Position numbers and translations under genes: made by a program. This document shows, one piece after another, positions 38,646 through 47,609 of a DNA stretch of 64,000 bases. Origin of the DNA: a virus; IMG/VR virus record IMGVR_UViG_3300042452_000984, positions 18,632-82,631 of that record; one strand, written 5' to 3'. Numbering within the stretch: the stretch's first letter is position 1; every line of letters starts with the position of its first letter. The notes under the pieces were generated by a model, which searched no databases, was not told where the DNA came from, and saw only the letters and a list, made by a program, of their open reading frames with translations.

Positions 38646-39221
38646 TCATTGAGCAAGCGACCTAGGAGAACTGCCTGTCATACTAGCATTATTGCTACTG
38701 GCTAGCAGGCGACCGTAGAAATGGGTGCCGTGGAAGAAGGCTTCTGGCCCCACCACGTTCAGCCAAACTGGAAAGGCGCTAATCGCCCAGAGCGATGGCA
38801 CGCCAAAAGCAAGCATCGACGTTCTCAGGTTGTACGAGTACGCCCAGAAGCCGCCATAACCCAGGGCCAGTACCACCGCTATAGTAACCACGGTCCCCAA
38901 GGACCGGCTGACCACGTTGTCCGAGCTGAGCCGCTTGATTTCGCCATAGGCCAGCGGTAGCCCCTGGGGGTGGAAGGCAATGCCACTGATCACCAAGCAC
39001 AGCAAGTCAGTCGCGATCGCACTACCGTAGCGAGCGATCATCCCCTCCATGCCCGCCCGGGCGGCCACTGGGGTAAAGTCTACCGTCGCCGCCGCCTTGG
39101 CGACTGCACCAATCCCCACTGCCGAATAGTGGATATTGGTGGCCATCAACAGGGCAGCGATCGCCAGGGCGCCGTAGTTCAGGCTACGGCTAATCATTGG
39201 GTTGCGGCCTATCGCGGTCAT
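38646..39221 (-). CDS. Multi-pass membrane protein
   Basis: About 4 hydrophobic segments. Confidence 0.7.
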   Translation of the reverse strand: MTAIGRNPMISRSLNYGALAIAALLMATNIHYSAVGIGAVAKAAATVDFTPVAARAGMEGMIARYGSAIATDLLCLVISGIAFHPQGLPLAYGEIKRLSSDNVVSRSLGTVVTIAVVLALGYGGFWAYSYNLRTSMLAFGVPSLWAISAFPVWLNVVGPEAFFHGTHFYGRLLASSNNASMTGSSPRSLAQ

Positions 39222-39868
39222 GATTTTACGTCCTTTATCAACGAAATAATCCGGTTATACTTTTCAGTCCCTTTGGACTGACCAAACACCACAGTGACGA
39301 TCTTGTTTTGACTAACCCCTGCTGTTATCGCCCGCTCCACCCAAACAGACGCATTAACCAACGCCTTGCGATCGCGATAATTAGTAACCTGAGCAGGCGG
39401 TAAATGCACTGGAAAAAAGCATTTGTTTTGCTCCAACCATTCGTTAGGCGGTAGTGTTTCCACCTCACTACAACCGGTTGCTCCACCGGTTGTACAACCA
39501 GTTGCTACAACCGGTTGTAATGCTGGTTGCACCAAGGTTTCAGGGGCATGTGAGGGGGTAGGCTCAGGGGCGGTTGCAGGTGAGTCTATGCCTACCCAGG
39601 GGTAACGCTCGATCGCTTCTATTTCTTCTTTTGAATACTTACGATCTAACTCATCCCAAAATTGCTTAGACGCCGTTGCCCGCACTGGCGGCTTCTCCAC
39701 TTCAACCCTAGCAGTAGCCATGGCTGGACTTGCTAGCCAGGGTGAACCCTCCCCGCCTGTTCTCGCCACCAATTCCAGCTGCTCCCGCTCGTTGTCCCAT
39801 TGCGCAAGCTTAGCGGCGCCAACACCTAGAGCAAGGAAGAAAAAGAAAGCGATCGCGTTACCCATATG
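39218..39868 (-). CDS. N-terminally membrane-anchored protein with C-terminal HTH-like domain
   Basis: MGNAIAFFFFLALGVG; GVSQNKIVTVVFGQSKG..KY. Confidence 0.6.
   Translation of the reverse strand, partial: HMGNAIAFFFFLALGVGAAKLAQWDNEREQLELVARTGGEGSPWLASPAMATARVEVEKPPVRATASKQFWDELDRKYSKEEIEAIERYPWVGIDSPATAPEPTPSHAPETLVQPALQPVVATGCTTGGATGCSEVETLPPNEWLEQNKCFFPVHLPPAQVTNYRDRKALVNASVWVERAITAGVSQNKIVTVVFGQSKGTEKYNRIISLIKDVKS
39468..39519. repeat. Tandem array of four CAACCGGTTG-type palindromes
   Basis: CTACAACCGGTTG CTCCACCGGTTG TACAACCAGTTG CTACAACCGGTTG. Confidence 0.85.
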
Positions 39869-39881
39869 CACCCTCCAACCC

Positions 39882-40436
39882 TTAACTACCGGCAATCACC
39901 GCCACCAACACACCGAAAAACAATCCGGCAATAATCATTACCCCGCCGCCCTCGCCTGCCGTCTGGCTGACGGTGATATTAGGGTTTGACTCAACGTAGA
40001 TATGCTGTGGCTGTTGGGGCTGCTGCTGTTGGGCCATCATGGCCGCCAACAACGCATCAGAACGCTGTTGCTGTTGAGCCATTAACGCCATCATCTCAGA
40101 GACACCTGTAGGTGCCTCCTGAGGGCGTTGGGCGGCCTGGACGATAGCTAGGACATCAGCGGCGGTTAAGCCGCCTTCCTGGGCCGCAGAAGCGCCGGGA
40201 GTGCCGTGGTAATGGTTGTGGGTTTCATTGTGAACATTAACCACCATGACTGGCAGCCCTGCCTCTTTGCACAGCCGCACAAAGTCAGGCGGATCGTGAG
40301 TGATCGCATCCTGCAGGGTAGCCAAGTTATCAGGGCGACGCTGCACGGGCGGCAATGCCTCCCACGCATGGCGCGCGATCGCCGCCTTTTGTCGTGGGTC
40401 AGCAAGCGCGATCGCTCTCACATCAACGGTTTCCAT
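39882..40436 (-). CDS. Gln-rich protein with C-terminal TM anchor
   Basis: METVDV...GGVMIIAGLFFGVLVAVIAGS. Confidence 0.65.
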   Translation of the reverse strand: METVDVRAIALADPRQKAAIARHAWEALPPVQRRPDNLATLQDAITHDPPDFVRLCKEAGLPVMVVNVHNETHNHYHGTPGASAAQEGGLTAADVLAIVQAAQRPQEAPTGVSEMMALMAQQQQRSDALLAAMMAQQQQPQQPQHIYVESNPNITVSQTAGEGGGVMIIAGLFFGVLVAVIAGS

Positions 40437-40743
40437 TCTTCGCCTCCTTCTGCTTGGTGCGAGACATGGCGACAAGTGCCGCCACCGTGAGCCCAGCGCC
40501 AGCGGCCAGAATGCCAGGATCTAACACCGGCCCTGCCATTGGCGTATCAACCGCTGTAGTGCCCTGGGGAATACCTAGCACCTCCGCCTGGCGAGGTTCT
40601 TGCCCGGCGCAGTAGGTTGCACCATCTACCTGCACGTGGCTATCGCACTCGCGTAATTTCCGTTGCTCAATGTCTATTGCGGACAGGCACTCACTGGTCG
40701 TGCCGTCCTCGTATTCAAACTCCGTGCATTGGTTATCTTCCAT
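40423..40743 (-). CDS. Small Cys-containing protein with C-terminal TM
   Basis: 4 Cys; GILAAGAGLTVAALVAM. Confidence 0.6.
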   Translation of the reverse strand: MEDNQCTEFEYEDGTTSECLSAIDIEQRKLRECDSHVQVDGATYCAGQEPRQAEVLGIPQGTTAVDTPMAGPVLDPGILAAGAGLTVAALVAMSRTKQKEAKNGNR

Positions 40744-40811
40744 CGGTCTTTTGAGTGGTGGTTAGGAAAGGCGATCGCATAACGAAGGCGCTACGCGATC
40801 GCCTGGAGCAG

Positions 40812-41225
40812 TCATTCAGCCTTGCAATCCACCGATGAGGCGGAGGAAGGGCTCAAAGTTGCCTTGCTTGGCTGCCAAGACAACGCGGGCAGTGGTTCTA
40901 GGTCCAGGGCCACTGCCGCCGTGGACTTTGGGAGCGTTTCCAATTCCTCCTGAAGCAACTGCGCTGTGCGCCCCCACATCAGCTGTCCGCTCATAGCAGC
41001 GGCCAAAAACTGAGCGTTCTGATGGGCCACCCGGTCAATAGCCGCGATCGCGGCCTCCTGGATGCCTGCAGCATGGTCCCGCTGTTCTTTTAGCGCTAGC
41101 TGGAGAGGGTGAGAAACAGAAAGGCTGCTTGCCTCATTGGGTACACCCGGACCCGACTGGGTACAGTTGGGTACAGTCGCCCCCGGATTGCGGGGTTGGT
41201 TGAGCTTGTCGGTATTTAGAGCCAT
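40812..41225 (-). CDS. Coiled-coil hypothetical protein
   Basis: AGGAGA RBS before MALNTD; TGGGTACA repeats near the 5' end. Confidence 0.6.
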   Translation of the reverse strand: MALNTDKLNQPRNPGATVPNCTQSGPGVPNEASSLSVSHPLQLALKEQRDHAAGIQEAAIAAIDRVAHQNAQFLAAAMSGQLMWGRTAQLLQEELETLPKSTAAVALDLEPLPALSWQPSKATLSPSSASSVDCKAE

Positions 41226-41517
41226 TAGTTTTCTCCTGACGATATTTTTCAACTTGCCTGAGGGTGTAGTCCAACGCCTCTTGGTGGGTGTAACCCCAGC
41301 TCATGCACTGCCCGTAACAAACCAGCGCTAGGGCATCCTCCTGATCCCACTGCCGCCGGCGGCCAGGCTGACCAGGTTCATAGCCCAGTTTTGCCATCCA
41401 CCGGGATAGCGTGGAAGTAGGAATACTTCCACGGCTCAAACTCTCTGCCAGCAAGGCTTTGAGTTCAGTGTAGGTGTAGGTGACGGTTACTTCCATGGAA
41501 CTTCGTGGAACTTCCAC
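41134..41517 (-). CDS. MerR-like HTH DNA-binding protein
   Basis: YTYTEL...IPTSTLSRW..KLG....GRRRQWDQED. Confidence 0.7.
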   Translation of the reverse strand: MEVPRSSMEVTVTYTYTELKALLAESLSRGSIPTSTLSRWMAKLGYEPGQPGRRRQWDQEDALALVCYGQCMSWGYTHQEALDYTLRQVEKYRQEKTNGSKYRQAQPTPQSGGDCTQLYPVGSGCTQ

Positions 41518-41580
41518 GCTCTAGGACTCTTGTACTGTAGTTCCGCTATATCCTCCCTGTCAACCCCCTATCTAGGGGTT
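41410..41580. promoter_or_regulatory. Operator/promoter region with CGTGGAA repeats
   Basis: CGTGGAAGTA-GGAA-TACTTCCACG 41410-41433; CGTGGAACTTCCACG 41504-41518; minus-strand TTGACA 41558-41563. Confidence 0.6.
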
Positions 41581-41633
41581 AAGTAGGGAGAAAGCGCTAA
41601 AATGGGCGCACTACCTCGATGGAGTAAAATCAG

Positions 41634-41882
41634 ATGTTCCCCATCACAGAACCGATGCCTGCTAGCAAGCGGAGACTGAAAGAAATCAAGATCAACGTCC
41701 CCGAGGATTTACTGGAAGACGCCCAGCGATTGTTTGAAGCGATCGGGGTTACTGATGGCGATGGCCACCGCGACGTATGGATGGATGGAGTCTATCGCCT
41801 TGCGGAACGGTACAACAAAATTTTAGTTAGCAGGAAATTACTTAGGGATTCTGTCAAGGCAGACGAAACTGGTGATAATTAA
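41634..41882 (+). CDS. Ribbon-helix-helix-like protein
   Basis: KEIKINVPEDLLEDAQRLFEAIG. Confidence 0.55.
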   Translation: MFPITEPMPASKRRLKEIKINVPEDLLEDAQRLFEAIGVTDGDGHRDVWMDGVYRLAERYNKILVSRKLLRDSVKADETGDN

Positions 41883-42258
41883 TTCAGTACTTCTACTTAC
41901 TTCCATGGCATTTTTACCACCGCCTCCATTAAGCGCGATCGCGCAACTGATAGCGGCTAACCTTGGCCCGCTTGTGCCCGCTGGCTGTGATATGCAGCTA
42001 AAGCGCCACCCCAAAGGGGGATATGTAATTTACTTTTATGTAGCTAACGCTACCATCGGCGCTCTTATTGCAAATAATCTTTTATCTGTTATTGGTATTG
42101 CTAAAAACATAATTCCCCTAACCTCTGTCGAAGTCAGGGGAGGGTTTGAGCTGAAGGTAGATGCAGCACGGCTAGAAAAGCTATACCCTGATGAGACGAA
42201 ACTGGTGGACGGAAGGATTGACCTTGCTCTTAGGGGTTGTGGTTTGCCTCCTTCCTGA
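41872..42258 (+). CDS. Hypothetical protein
   Basis: Up to 128 aa; start uncertain. Confidence 0.5.
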   Translation: MIINSVLLLTSMAFLPPPPLSAIAQLIAANLGPLVPAGCDMQLKRHPKGGYVIYFYVANATIGALIANNLLSVIGIAKNIIPLTSVEVRGGFELKVDAARLEKLYPDETKLVDGRIDLALRGCGLPPS

Positions 42259-42574
42259 TGGTATGTCCGTAAACGTCCATCTCGCCAAGCAGCACTTTGG
42301 TCAGGTCATCTATTGATGGACGAGCCGTGCTTTCAAAAAAGGTAAATTCCGGCACCCTCGATAATGCCACTAGCACAATCCAGGCCGGAGTTTTTGCCAA
42401 CCGTCCCCCACGGTACAGAATGTCCTTGCTTAGCGGGATGCCAGAGCGATCGCTTATCCACTGGGTAAAATCTGTCCAGGGTAAATTGTCGCGTTTTGCT
42501 CTTAAAGCATCGACTAACCGCTTAAAGTTGCGGTTGCCCTCATCCGTCACGTAGCTTCTTCGTTCATCAGCCAT
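42230..42574 (-). CDS. Putative phage repressor (divergent XRE-like HTH)
   Basis: Divergent from the replication operon; LR.KR..LPWTDF...SG..LSKD.LYR helix pattern. Confidence 0.5.
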   Translation of the reverse strand: MADERRSYVTDEGNRNFKRLVDALRAKRDNLPWTDFTQWISDRSGIPLSKDILYRGGRLAKTPAWIVLVALSRVPEFTFFESTARPSIDDLTKVLLGEMDVYGHTIRKEANHNP

Positions 42575-42689
42575 TTTCAACTACCTACAAGTAACACCCG
42601 GTCTATCGCAATTCTAAACCCCAGTTGCAAAAATGTGAAAACTAGCACATTTGCACTACAATGAGGCGCAGTTAGTTGTAGGTGATGAT

Positions 42690-43049
42690 ATGGCCGAGTA
42701 CAGACGGATTGCATTGCCCCGGCGCTATACCCGGGTAGTAATGGGCGCTGCCGCCCTAAAGAACATGAAGCCGATCGCTTACCAGGAGAAAATCCTGGTG
42801 GCAGCGGCAAAGAAGGTGATTGAAGCGGGGCCGGACGGTAAAGGATTTAAGGCGATCGCCCGCAAGCCCGGCGAGCCGAATTTAGCCTTAATCTTTACCA
42901 AGGAAGGCTACGATACAATCAGGGCAGCCGTTCAGATCGAGGGGTTGAACCCTCCACAATTTGCCGTGAAGCATTTATTGCCCAGGGCGTTCAAGGACAT
43001 TGAAGCTGGCTTCAGAGCCATTAAGGCTACCTACGACGGAGCAGCGTAA
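42690..43049 (+). CDS. Putative Cro-position regulator (tandem RHH-like)
   Basis: First gene of rightward early operon; two similar strand-helix-helix halves. Confidence 0.45.
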   Translation: MAEYRRIALPRRYTRVVMGAAALKNMKPIAYQEKILVAAAKKVIEAGPDGKGFKAIARKPGEPNLALIFTKEGYDTIRAAVQIEGLNPPQFAVKHLLPRAFKDIEAGFRAIKATYDGAA

Positions 43050-43050
43050 T

Positions 43051-43090
43051 AAAAAAGGCGATCGCCGGTTATGCGATCGCCTTTTTGTTG
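43051..43090. terminator. Terminator whose stem is formed by two HIP1 sites
   Basis: AAAAAAGGCGATCGC-CGGTTAT-GCGATCGCCTTTTT. Confidence 0.8.
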
Positions 43091-43189
43091 TTTATTGCCA
43101 ATAACCACCAGTAAAGGCAATAGAGGTTTAATCGATGAGAGTAACACCTACCAGAGTATTACCAACAGAATCATTGAGGTAATTTTACC

Positions 43190-43711
43190 ATGAAATATTT
43201 CAAGCACGACCTTTTATCCCGCGAGGATGATAAAATTTGGGAACTCATTGACAGCCACGGGATGCAGGGGTATGGCATCTGGTGGGTCATCCTAGAAGAG
43301 CTTTACAAGACAGAGGCTACAGACTTCCAGGTGGAAGCAACCGATATTTGGCTAAAACGCCTTAGCCGCCAGCTAGGGTTAAGCGATTGGCTGACCATGG
43401 TGCGAACCCTCGATAGGCTTGCTGAACTAAACCTGATTGATGGGCAACTGTGGCGCGATCGCGTGATCTATGCCCACGGCATCGCCAAGCTGCACAGGGA
43501 CGGAGCGTACAGGAGACACAGAGATGCTGTTTTCGAGCGCGATAGGTATTGCTGTGTTTACTGCAGCGCGACGGAGGATTTAACCCTTGACCATGTGATT
43601 CCCTACAGCAAGGGTGGTTCTGATGAGCCAGACAATTTGGCCACCTGCTGCCGCTCCTGCAACAGCAGAAAACACGCTCGCACACCACAAGAATGGCTAG
43701 GAGGTCTGTAA
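43190..43711 (+). CDS. DUF4373/Lin1244-like N-terminal domain fused to HNH endonuclease
   Basis: MKYFKHD...GMQGYGIWWVILE; VFERD..C.YC...LTLDHVIP.SKGG...NL..CC.SCN..K. Confidence 0.85.
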   Translation: MKYFKHDLLSREDDKIWELIDSHGMQGYGIWWVILEELYKTEATDFQVEATDIWLKRLSRQLGLSDWLTMVRTLDRLAELNLIDGQLWRDRVIYAHGIAKLHRDGAYRRHRDAVFERDRYCCVYCSATEDLTLDHVIPYSKGGSDEPDNLATCCRSCNSRKHARTPQEWLGGL

Positions 43712-43712
43712 C

Positions 43713-44900
43713 ATGCAATGGTTTCGTTTTTACAGTGAATTTAGATGCGACCCCAAGTTGTCATTGATGACCCCTCACCACCAGTGGGCTTTCATCATCC
43801 TCCTATGCCTTGCTTCAGACAATTCAGAACGAGGAAGGATTGACAACCTGACCGACGAAGAAATTGCCTACCAAATCAGAATGCCGGTCGAGGACTGGCA
43901 AACCTTAAAAGCTAAATTCAAAGTAAAAGGCATGATCGATTGGGATGAGACGGGAATCAAGATCACCCATTGGGCAAGACGCCAGTTTGAATCTGACAAC
44001 TCCACCGAAAGAGTGCGAAAGCACCGTGAACAAAAGCGTTTAGCTACAGCTACGACAAAAGAAACGGGAGTGAAACGTTTCAGTAACGTTAATGCAACGC
44101 CCCCAGATACAGATACAGATCCAGATTCAGATCCGGAGATCGTTAAAAATCTATTAGAAAGTTCTATACCTAAGTGTCCGGAACCGAACATCGAGCCGCT
44201 TTGTAGCGCTGACGCGCTACGCGATCGCGTTTCTGAAGAAAAACATTCAGAACCCGAACCGGCTAAACAGGAAACAGCCGATACCTTTCCCCCTCTGGAT
44301 AGCCAGGTAGAAAAACCTGGGGCTCAACCAAAACCCCGGACAAGAAAAAAATCTGGCGGCAGCGCGCGAAAAATTAGCACACCCAAAAACCATCCCGAGC
44401 AGTTTGATGCTGCATGGGATTCCTACCGCAAGTTTTGCATAGCCGTAGAGAGCACTGTCGCCCTCTCTCAGGCGCGCAAAGAGGCTGTTAGGGAGTGGGA
44501 CAAGCTAATAGAGGGCGGAGACGCCTTAGAGGCGATTCTGGACGGGCTGAACTTCTACATGGAGGTAAAGCGGGTTGAGCATCAACGCAAAGGGGAAGCG
44601 TTTGGCATTTCCCACTTTTGCCGGTTTCTGTCTAACCGCAAATGGGAGGCCGCGATCGCCTACCGCGAGCAAAAGCGATCGCAGCCCGCCCCCGCCAAAG
44701 ACATCACTGCCAACGTCCACGCGGACCTGCAGGACATCACCGTCCTGCTACGTCAATTAGGCCGCTCCGCTGTGCTGCCCCCCGAGTGGCAGGAACGCAC
44801 CGGCAAAACCTTTACCCGCCAGTTGGACGCCGTTGAAAGCGACGACTATGTCGCCTACCTCAAGGGCGAACTAGAGCGTCTTGCTGTGGCCAATCCGTAG
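43713..44900 (+). CDS. Replication initiator (replisome organizer)
   Basis: MQWFRFYSEF..DPKL, W..RQ.ESDNSTERVRKHR, PPDTDTD linker. Confidence 0.85.
   Translation: MQWFRFYSEFRCDPKLSLMTPHHQWAFIILLCLASDNSERGRIDNLTDEEIAYQIRMPVEDWQTLKAKFKVKGMIDWDETGIKITHWARRQFESDNSTERVRKHREQKRLATATTKETGVKRFSNVNATPPDTDTDPDSDPEIVKNLLESSIPKCPEPNIEPLCSADALRDRVSEEKHSEPEPAKQETADTFPPLDSQVEKPGAQPKPRTRKKSGGSARKISTPKNHPEQFDAAWDSYRKFCIAVESTVALSQARKEAVREWDKLIEGGDALEAILDGLNFYMEVKRVEHQRKGEAFGISHFCRFLSNRKWEAAIAYREQKRSQPAPAKDITANVHADLQDITVLLRQLGRSAVLPPEWQERTGKTFTRQLDAVESDDYVAYLKGELERLAVANP
44060..44140 (+). repeat. Iteron-like repeats in initiator gene (candidate origin)
   Basis: GAAACG/GTAACG/GCAACG repeats, palindrome TGAAACGTTTCA, CAGATA/CAGATC repeats. 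Confidence 0.5.
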
Positions 44901-44962
44901 CAAATTTAATATAACTTTGCTGTTGCATATTTGCTTTATGCAGCGTATGGTTGTGTTAGGAG

Positions 44963-45496
44963 GTGATACCGATGAACCATAATCCGTTGGAGCCCGAAGA
45001 GCTGCGATCGCTGATGGCGACGCTGTGCGAAGCTCAGGGCTGGCGCCCTATTAGTGATGAGCTTTTGCAGCAATTTTGGCGGGAGGTTAAGGATATTTCT
45101 GGGCATGAGGTTATCCGCATGTTCGGGAACTCTATGGCAACGCCATACCTGAAGCCTGCCATGTTGCTAGATGGGCTTAAGCAAGAGCGCCGCCGACTGC
45201 TTGAGGAGCAGGTGGCTAGTGTCCCTAGTGGGCACAAACGTTACGCGGACATGTCGCCTAAAGAGCAGGCTGCCTATATGGCGGCTCAAAAGCTGGCAAG
45301 GGACAAGCTTAAGGCTGATTTGGCTAGTTTGTACCAACAAGGCAAAATCCCTACTACTCGTGTAGGAGGGTTTAGCAGCCTTGCTGACGTATTAGTCCGC
45401 AGTGGTCCTCACCGTGGCGAAAGCCTGATGGACGAAGTTATCGCGGAGGTAGAAGCCCGCGATCGCCTGGAGGCCGCTGGTGGATCGTTTAGATGA
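44963..45496 (+). CDS. Hypothetical protein (helicase-loader position)
   Basis: Follows initiator; AGGAGG RBS. Confidence 0.5.
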   Translation: MIPMNHNPLEPEELRSLMATLCEAQGWRPISDELLQQFWREVKDISGHEVIRMFGNSMATPYLKPAMLLDGLKQERRRLLEEQVASVPSGHKRYADMSPKEQAAYMAAQKLARDKLKADLASLYQQGKIPTTRVGGFSSLADVLVRSGPHRGESLMDEVIAEVEARDRLEAAGGSFR

Positions 45497-45746
45497 TTTT
45501 TTGGCACGTATCCAGTGCAATTTTAAGATGGCAACCCAGTTGCTAAATCAGGATGCTGCCAAAGTCGAGGGTTACATCTATCGGGTAGCTGTGCGCTCCA
45601 TTGTCCTTGAGGACGGTGTAAGCGAGGAAGAAGCTATCCAACGCCTGCAGGGTACATCCCCCATGGGTCAACTGTCGCTGATGTCCTACGAGGCATTAGA
45701 GGCACTTGACCGCAAATTTCAATCCGTTGTGGAGAGTTTTTTATGA
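45480..45746 (+). CDS. Hypothetical protein
   Basis: 88 aa; contains QLSLM. Confidence 0.55.
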   Translation: MDRLDDFLARIQCNFKMATQLLNQDAAKVEGYIYRVAVRSIVLEDGVSEEEAIQRLQGTSPMGQLSLMSYEALEALDRKFQSVVESFL

Positions 45747-46264
45747 TTACACTTACTCCAGATAAAGTGGCCCAAGTGGCCACCCATGCTGCTTTTAAGG
45801 GCGTACCAGGTGATTGCTTAGAGGCGATCGCTGCCCTGGCCGCCCAAGAAGTACAACAAGCCCAGCGTCCCCTAACCAAGGTGTTGGTGCGAAAAATTTT
45901 GGCTGATTATCAAGCAGGCTATGACTACAGCAGGCTTCAAAATACCTATGCCGATTACGGCTACTTTGGTTATTTCGCTCCCCTGGGGCGGAGAGTAGCC
46001 ACCTACCGATTTAAGTTTGAGTGCATCGGCTATACCCGCTTATTCCGCACCTTGGCGGAGGCGGACCAATATTTTATTGACACCGTCAGCCGTCAACCCA
46101 TGGCGGTTGGCAAGGGTTGCCCCACCTGTGTCTATAGCGGTAATGGTGACGTTGAGGGCCGGTTCTGTGCCTCTCAACGGTGTACGGTGCCCTACCGGCA
46201 GCTATGGCAGGCTCACCTGTCTTGCAATGGCTACAAGCCCTTCCAGACCGAGGTGACGGCATGA
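45743..46264 (+). CDS. Hypothetical protein with C-terminal Cys cluster
   Basis: CPTC...C...C...C. Confidence 0.6.
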   Translation: MITLTPDKVAQVATHAAFKGVPGDCLEAIAALAAQEVQQAQRPLTKVLVRKILADYQAGYDYSRLQNTYADYGYFGYFAPLGRRVATYRFKFECIGYTRLFRTLAEADQYFIDTVSRQPMAVGKGCPTCVYSGNGDVEGRFCASQRCTVPYRQLWQAHLSCNGYKPFQTEVTA

Positions 46265-46485
46265 ATGAACCAGTTGTTTCTATGGTGGCAGGCGTTAAGC
46301 CGCCCGTGGCCGCCGCGATCGCGGCCTACCTCGATAGCCATCGGGAATGGGACTGCGATCGCGTCGTCAACGCAGCCCTCGCTATGTTTTTGTTGCAGGG
46401 TAGCAATTCAGGTGATCCTGAGTTGGCCCGGGTGTATTTGCAGGCTGTTTTTGGGGATGTGTTTCAGGTGGAGGAACAGCCATGA
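46261..46485 (+). CDS. DUF2811-like protein
   Basis: YLDSHREWD.DRV..AAL.MFLLQ...RVYL..VF. Confidence 0.8.
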   Translation: MNEPVVSMVAGVKPPVAAAIAAYLDSHREWDCDRVVNAALAMFLLQGSNSGDPELARVYLQAVFGDVFQVEEQP

Positions 46486-46649
46486 GTCCTCAGGTAAGAC
46501 AAAACCTTGAGTTAGCGATCGCGCTAACCAAGCAGGAAAAACAAGTTGCCTATCAACTTGCCGAGGCGGTGTTAAAAATGCCGGATGCACCCCCTAAAGT
46601 GCGACAACTGGCGGAGAAGTTATTGAGGCCGTTGAAAGAGGCGGCATAG
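46482..46649 (+). CDS. Small helical protein (55 aa, not in ORF track)
   Basis: GGAGG RBS; ATGA overlap with previous gene. Confidence 0.6.
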   Translation: MSPQVRQNLELAIALTKQEKQVAYQLAEAVLKMPDAPPKVRQLAEKLLRPLKEAA

Positions 46650-46663
46650 ACAGGTGACTAACA

Positions 46664-46696
46664 TTAAGCGCCATGGGCTCCCGTGGCGTTTTGTTA
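46664..46696 (+). terminator. Intrinsic terminator
   Basis: GCGCCATGGG-CT-CCCGTGGCGT TTTGTT. Confidence 0.7.
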
Positions 46697-46745
46697 ATTA
46701 TTTGTGACATCCGATAGACTAAGGCTATGCACTCTCGTTAGAGAG

Positions 46746-47609
46746 ATGGACATTGACGTAAAGCGCTTATCAGATGAACTTCTCGAAATCCGGATGCGCT
46801 ACACCGGGGAGGAGACCCAGCACTTTTTGTTAGCCTCAGACATTCACCTGGATAACCCAAAGTGCGATCGCAAGCTATTCTTCTCTCATCTCGATAAAAT
46901 GAAGGCTCTCGGTGGTAGAGCCTTATTTTTTGGCGACGTGCTATGCCTGATGCAGGGCAAACGCGACAAACGCGGCAGCAAGTCCAGCATCCGCCCCGAG
47001 CACCAGGGGGCCAATTATTTTGACTTGGTATTCAAAGAGTCTGCCGATATTCTTGGCCCCTACGGCAAAGAAATTTTGATGATGGGCAATGGCAACCACG
47101 AAACTGCCATTATCAACAATCAAGAGGTGGACCCACTCGCTAACGTAGTGCAGCAGATGCGCGATCGCCATAAGGCGGTTACTGAGCACATGGGTTATCA
47201 GGGCTGGGTGCGTTTTGTGTTTTACAAGCAGCGCGGCAATGGCGTCGAAAAGGTACGACGCTGCACCCTGTTTTTTCACCATGGCGCCTGGGGCGGCATC
47301 ATCACCAAAGGCACCATGGGCGGCGGTCGCTACGCCAGTATCGCCCCAGATGCCGATATTATCGTCAATGGCCATAACCACGAACGCAGCATTGTCAGCC
47401 ACCCTTGCTATCGCTTGGCGGAGACCGGCAAGGTAAAAGTAACTCCGCGATACCATGTACAGACCGGCACCTACAAAGAAGAATTTGAGGGCGGCAACGG
47501 CTGGGCGGTGGAGCGCATTGTCATGCCGAAAAGCCTCGGCGGCGTCTGGCTGAAGCTTACCCCCGATCGCCAGTCAGGCGTTACCGTATCGCTAGAACCT
47601 GCTGTCTGA
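46746..47609 (+). CDS. Calcineurin-like metallophosphoesterase
   Basis: SDIH, GD, GNHE, HHG, GHNH motifs. Confidence 0.88.
   Translation: MDIDVKRLSDELLEIRMRYTGEETQHFLLASDIHLDNPKCDRKLFFSHLDKMKALGGRALFFGDVLCLMQGKRDKRGSKSSIRPEHQGANYFDLVFKESADILGPYGKEILMMGNGNHETAIINNQEVDPLANVVQQMRDRHKAVTEHMGYQGWVRFVFYKQRGNGVEKVRRCTLFFHHGAWGGIITKGTMGGGRYASIAPDADIIVNGHNHERSIVSHPCYRLAETGKVKVTPRYHVQTGTYKEEFEGGNGWAVERIVMPKSLGGVWLKLTPDRQSGVTVSLEPAV

Noticed and set aside
38455-38649. 64-aa minus-strand ORF as a real gene
   Set aside because: It spans a strong bidirectional terminator; at most the last 22 codons (MLAAGLAAIAGGAIGTWRYFKT) may be a separate peptide, and support is weak.
41634-42258. RHH plus downstream ORF as a toxin-antitoxin pair
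   Set aside because: Downstream protein shows no recognisable toxin motif.
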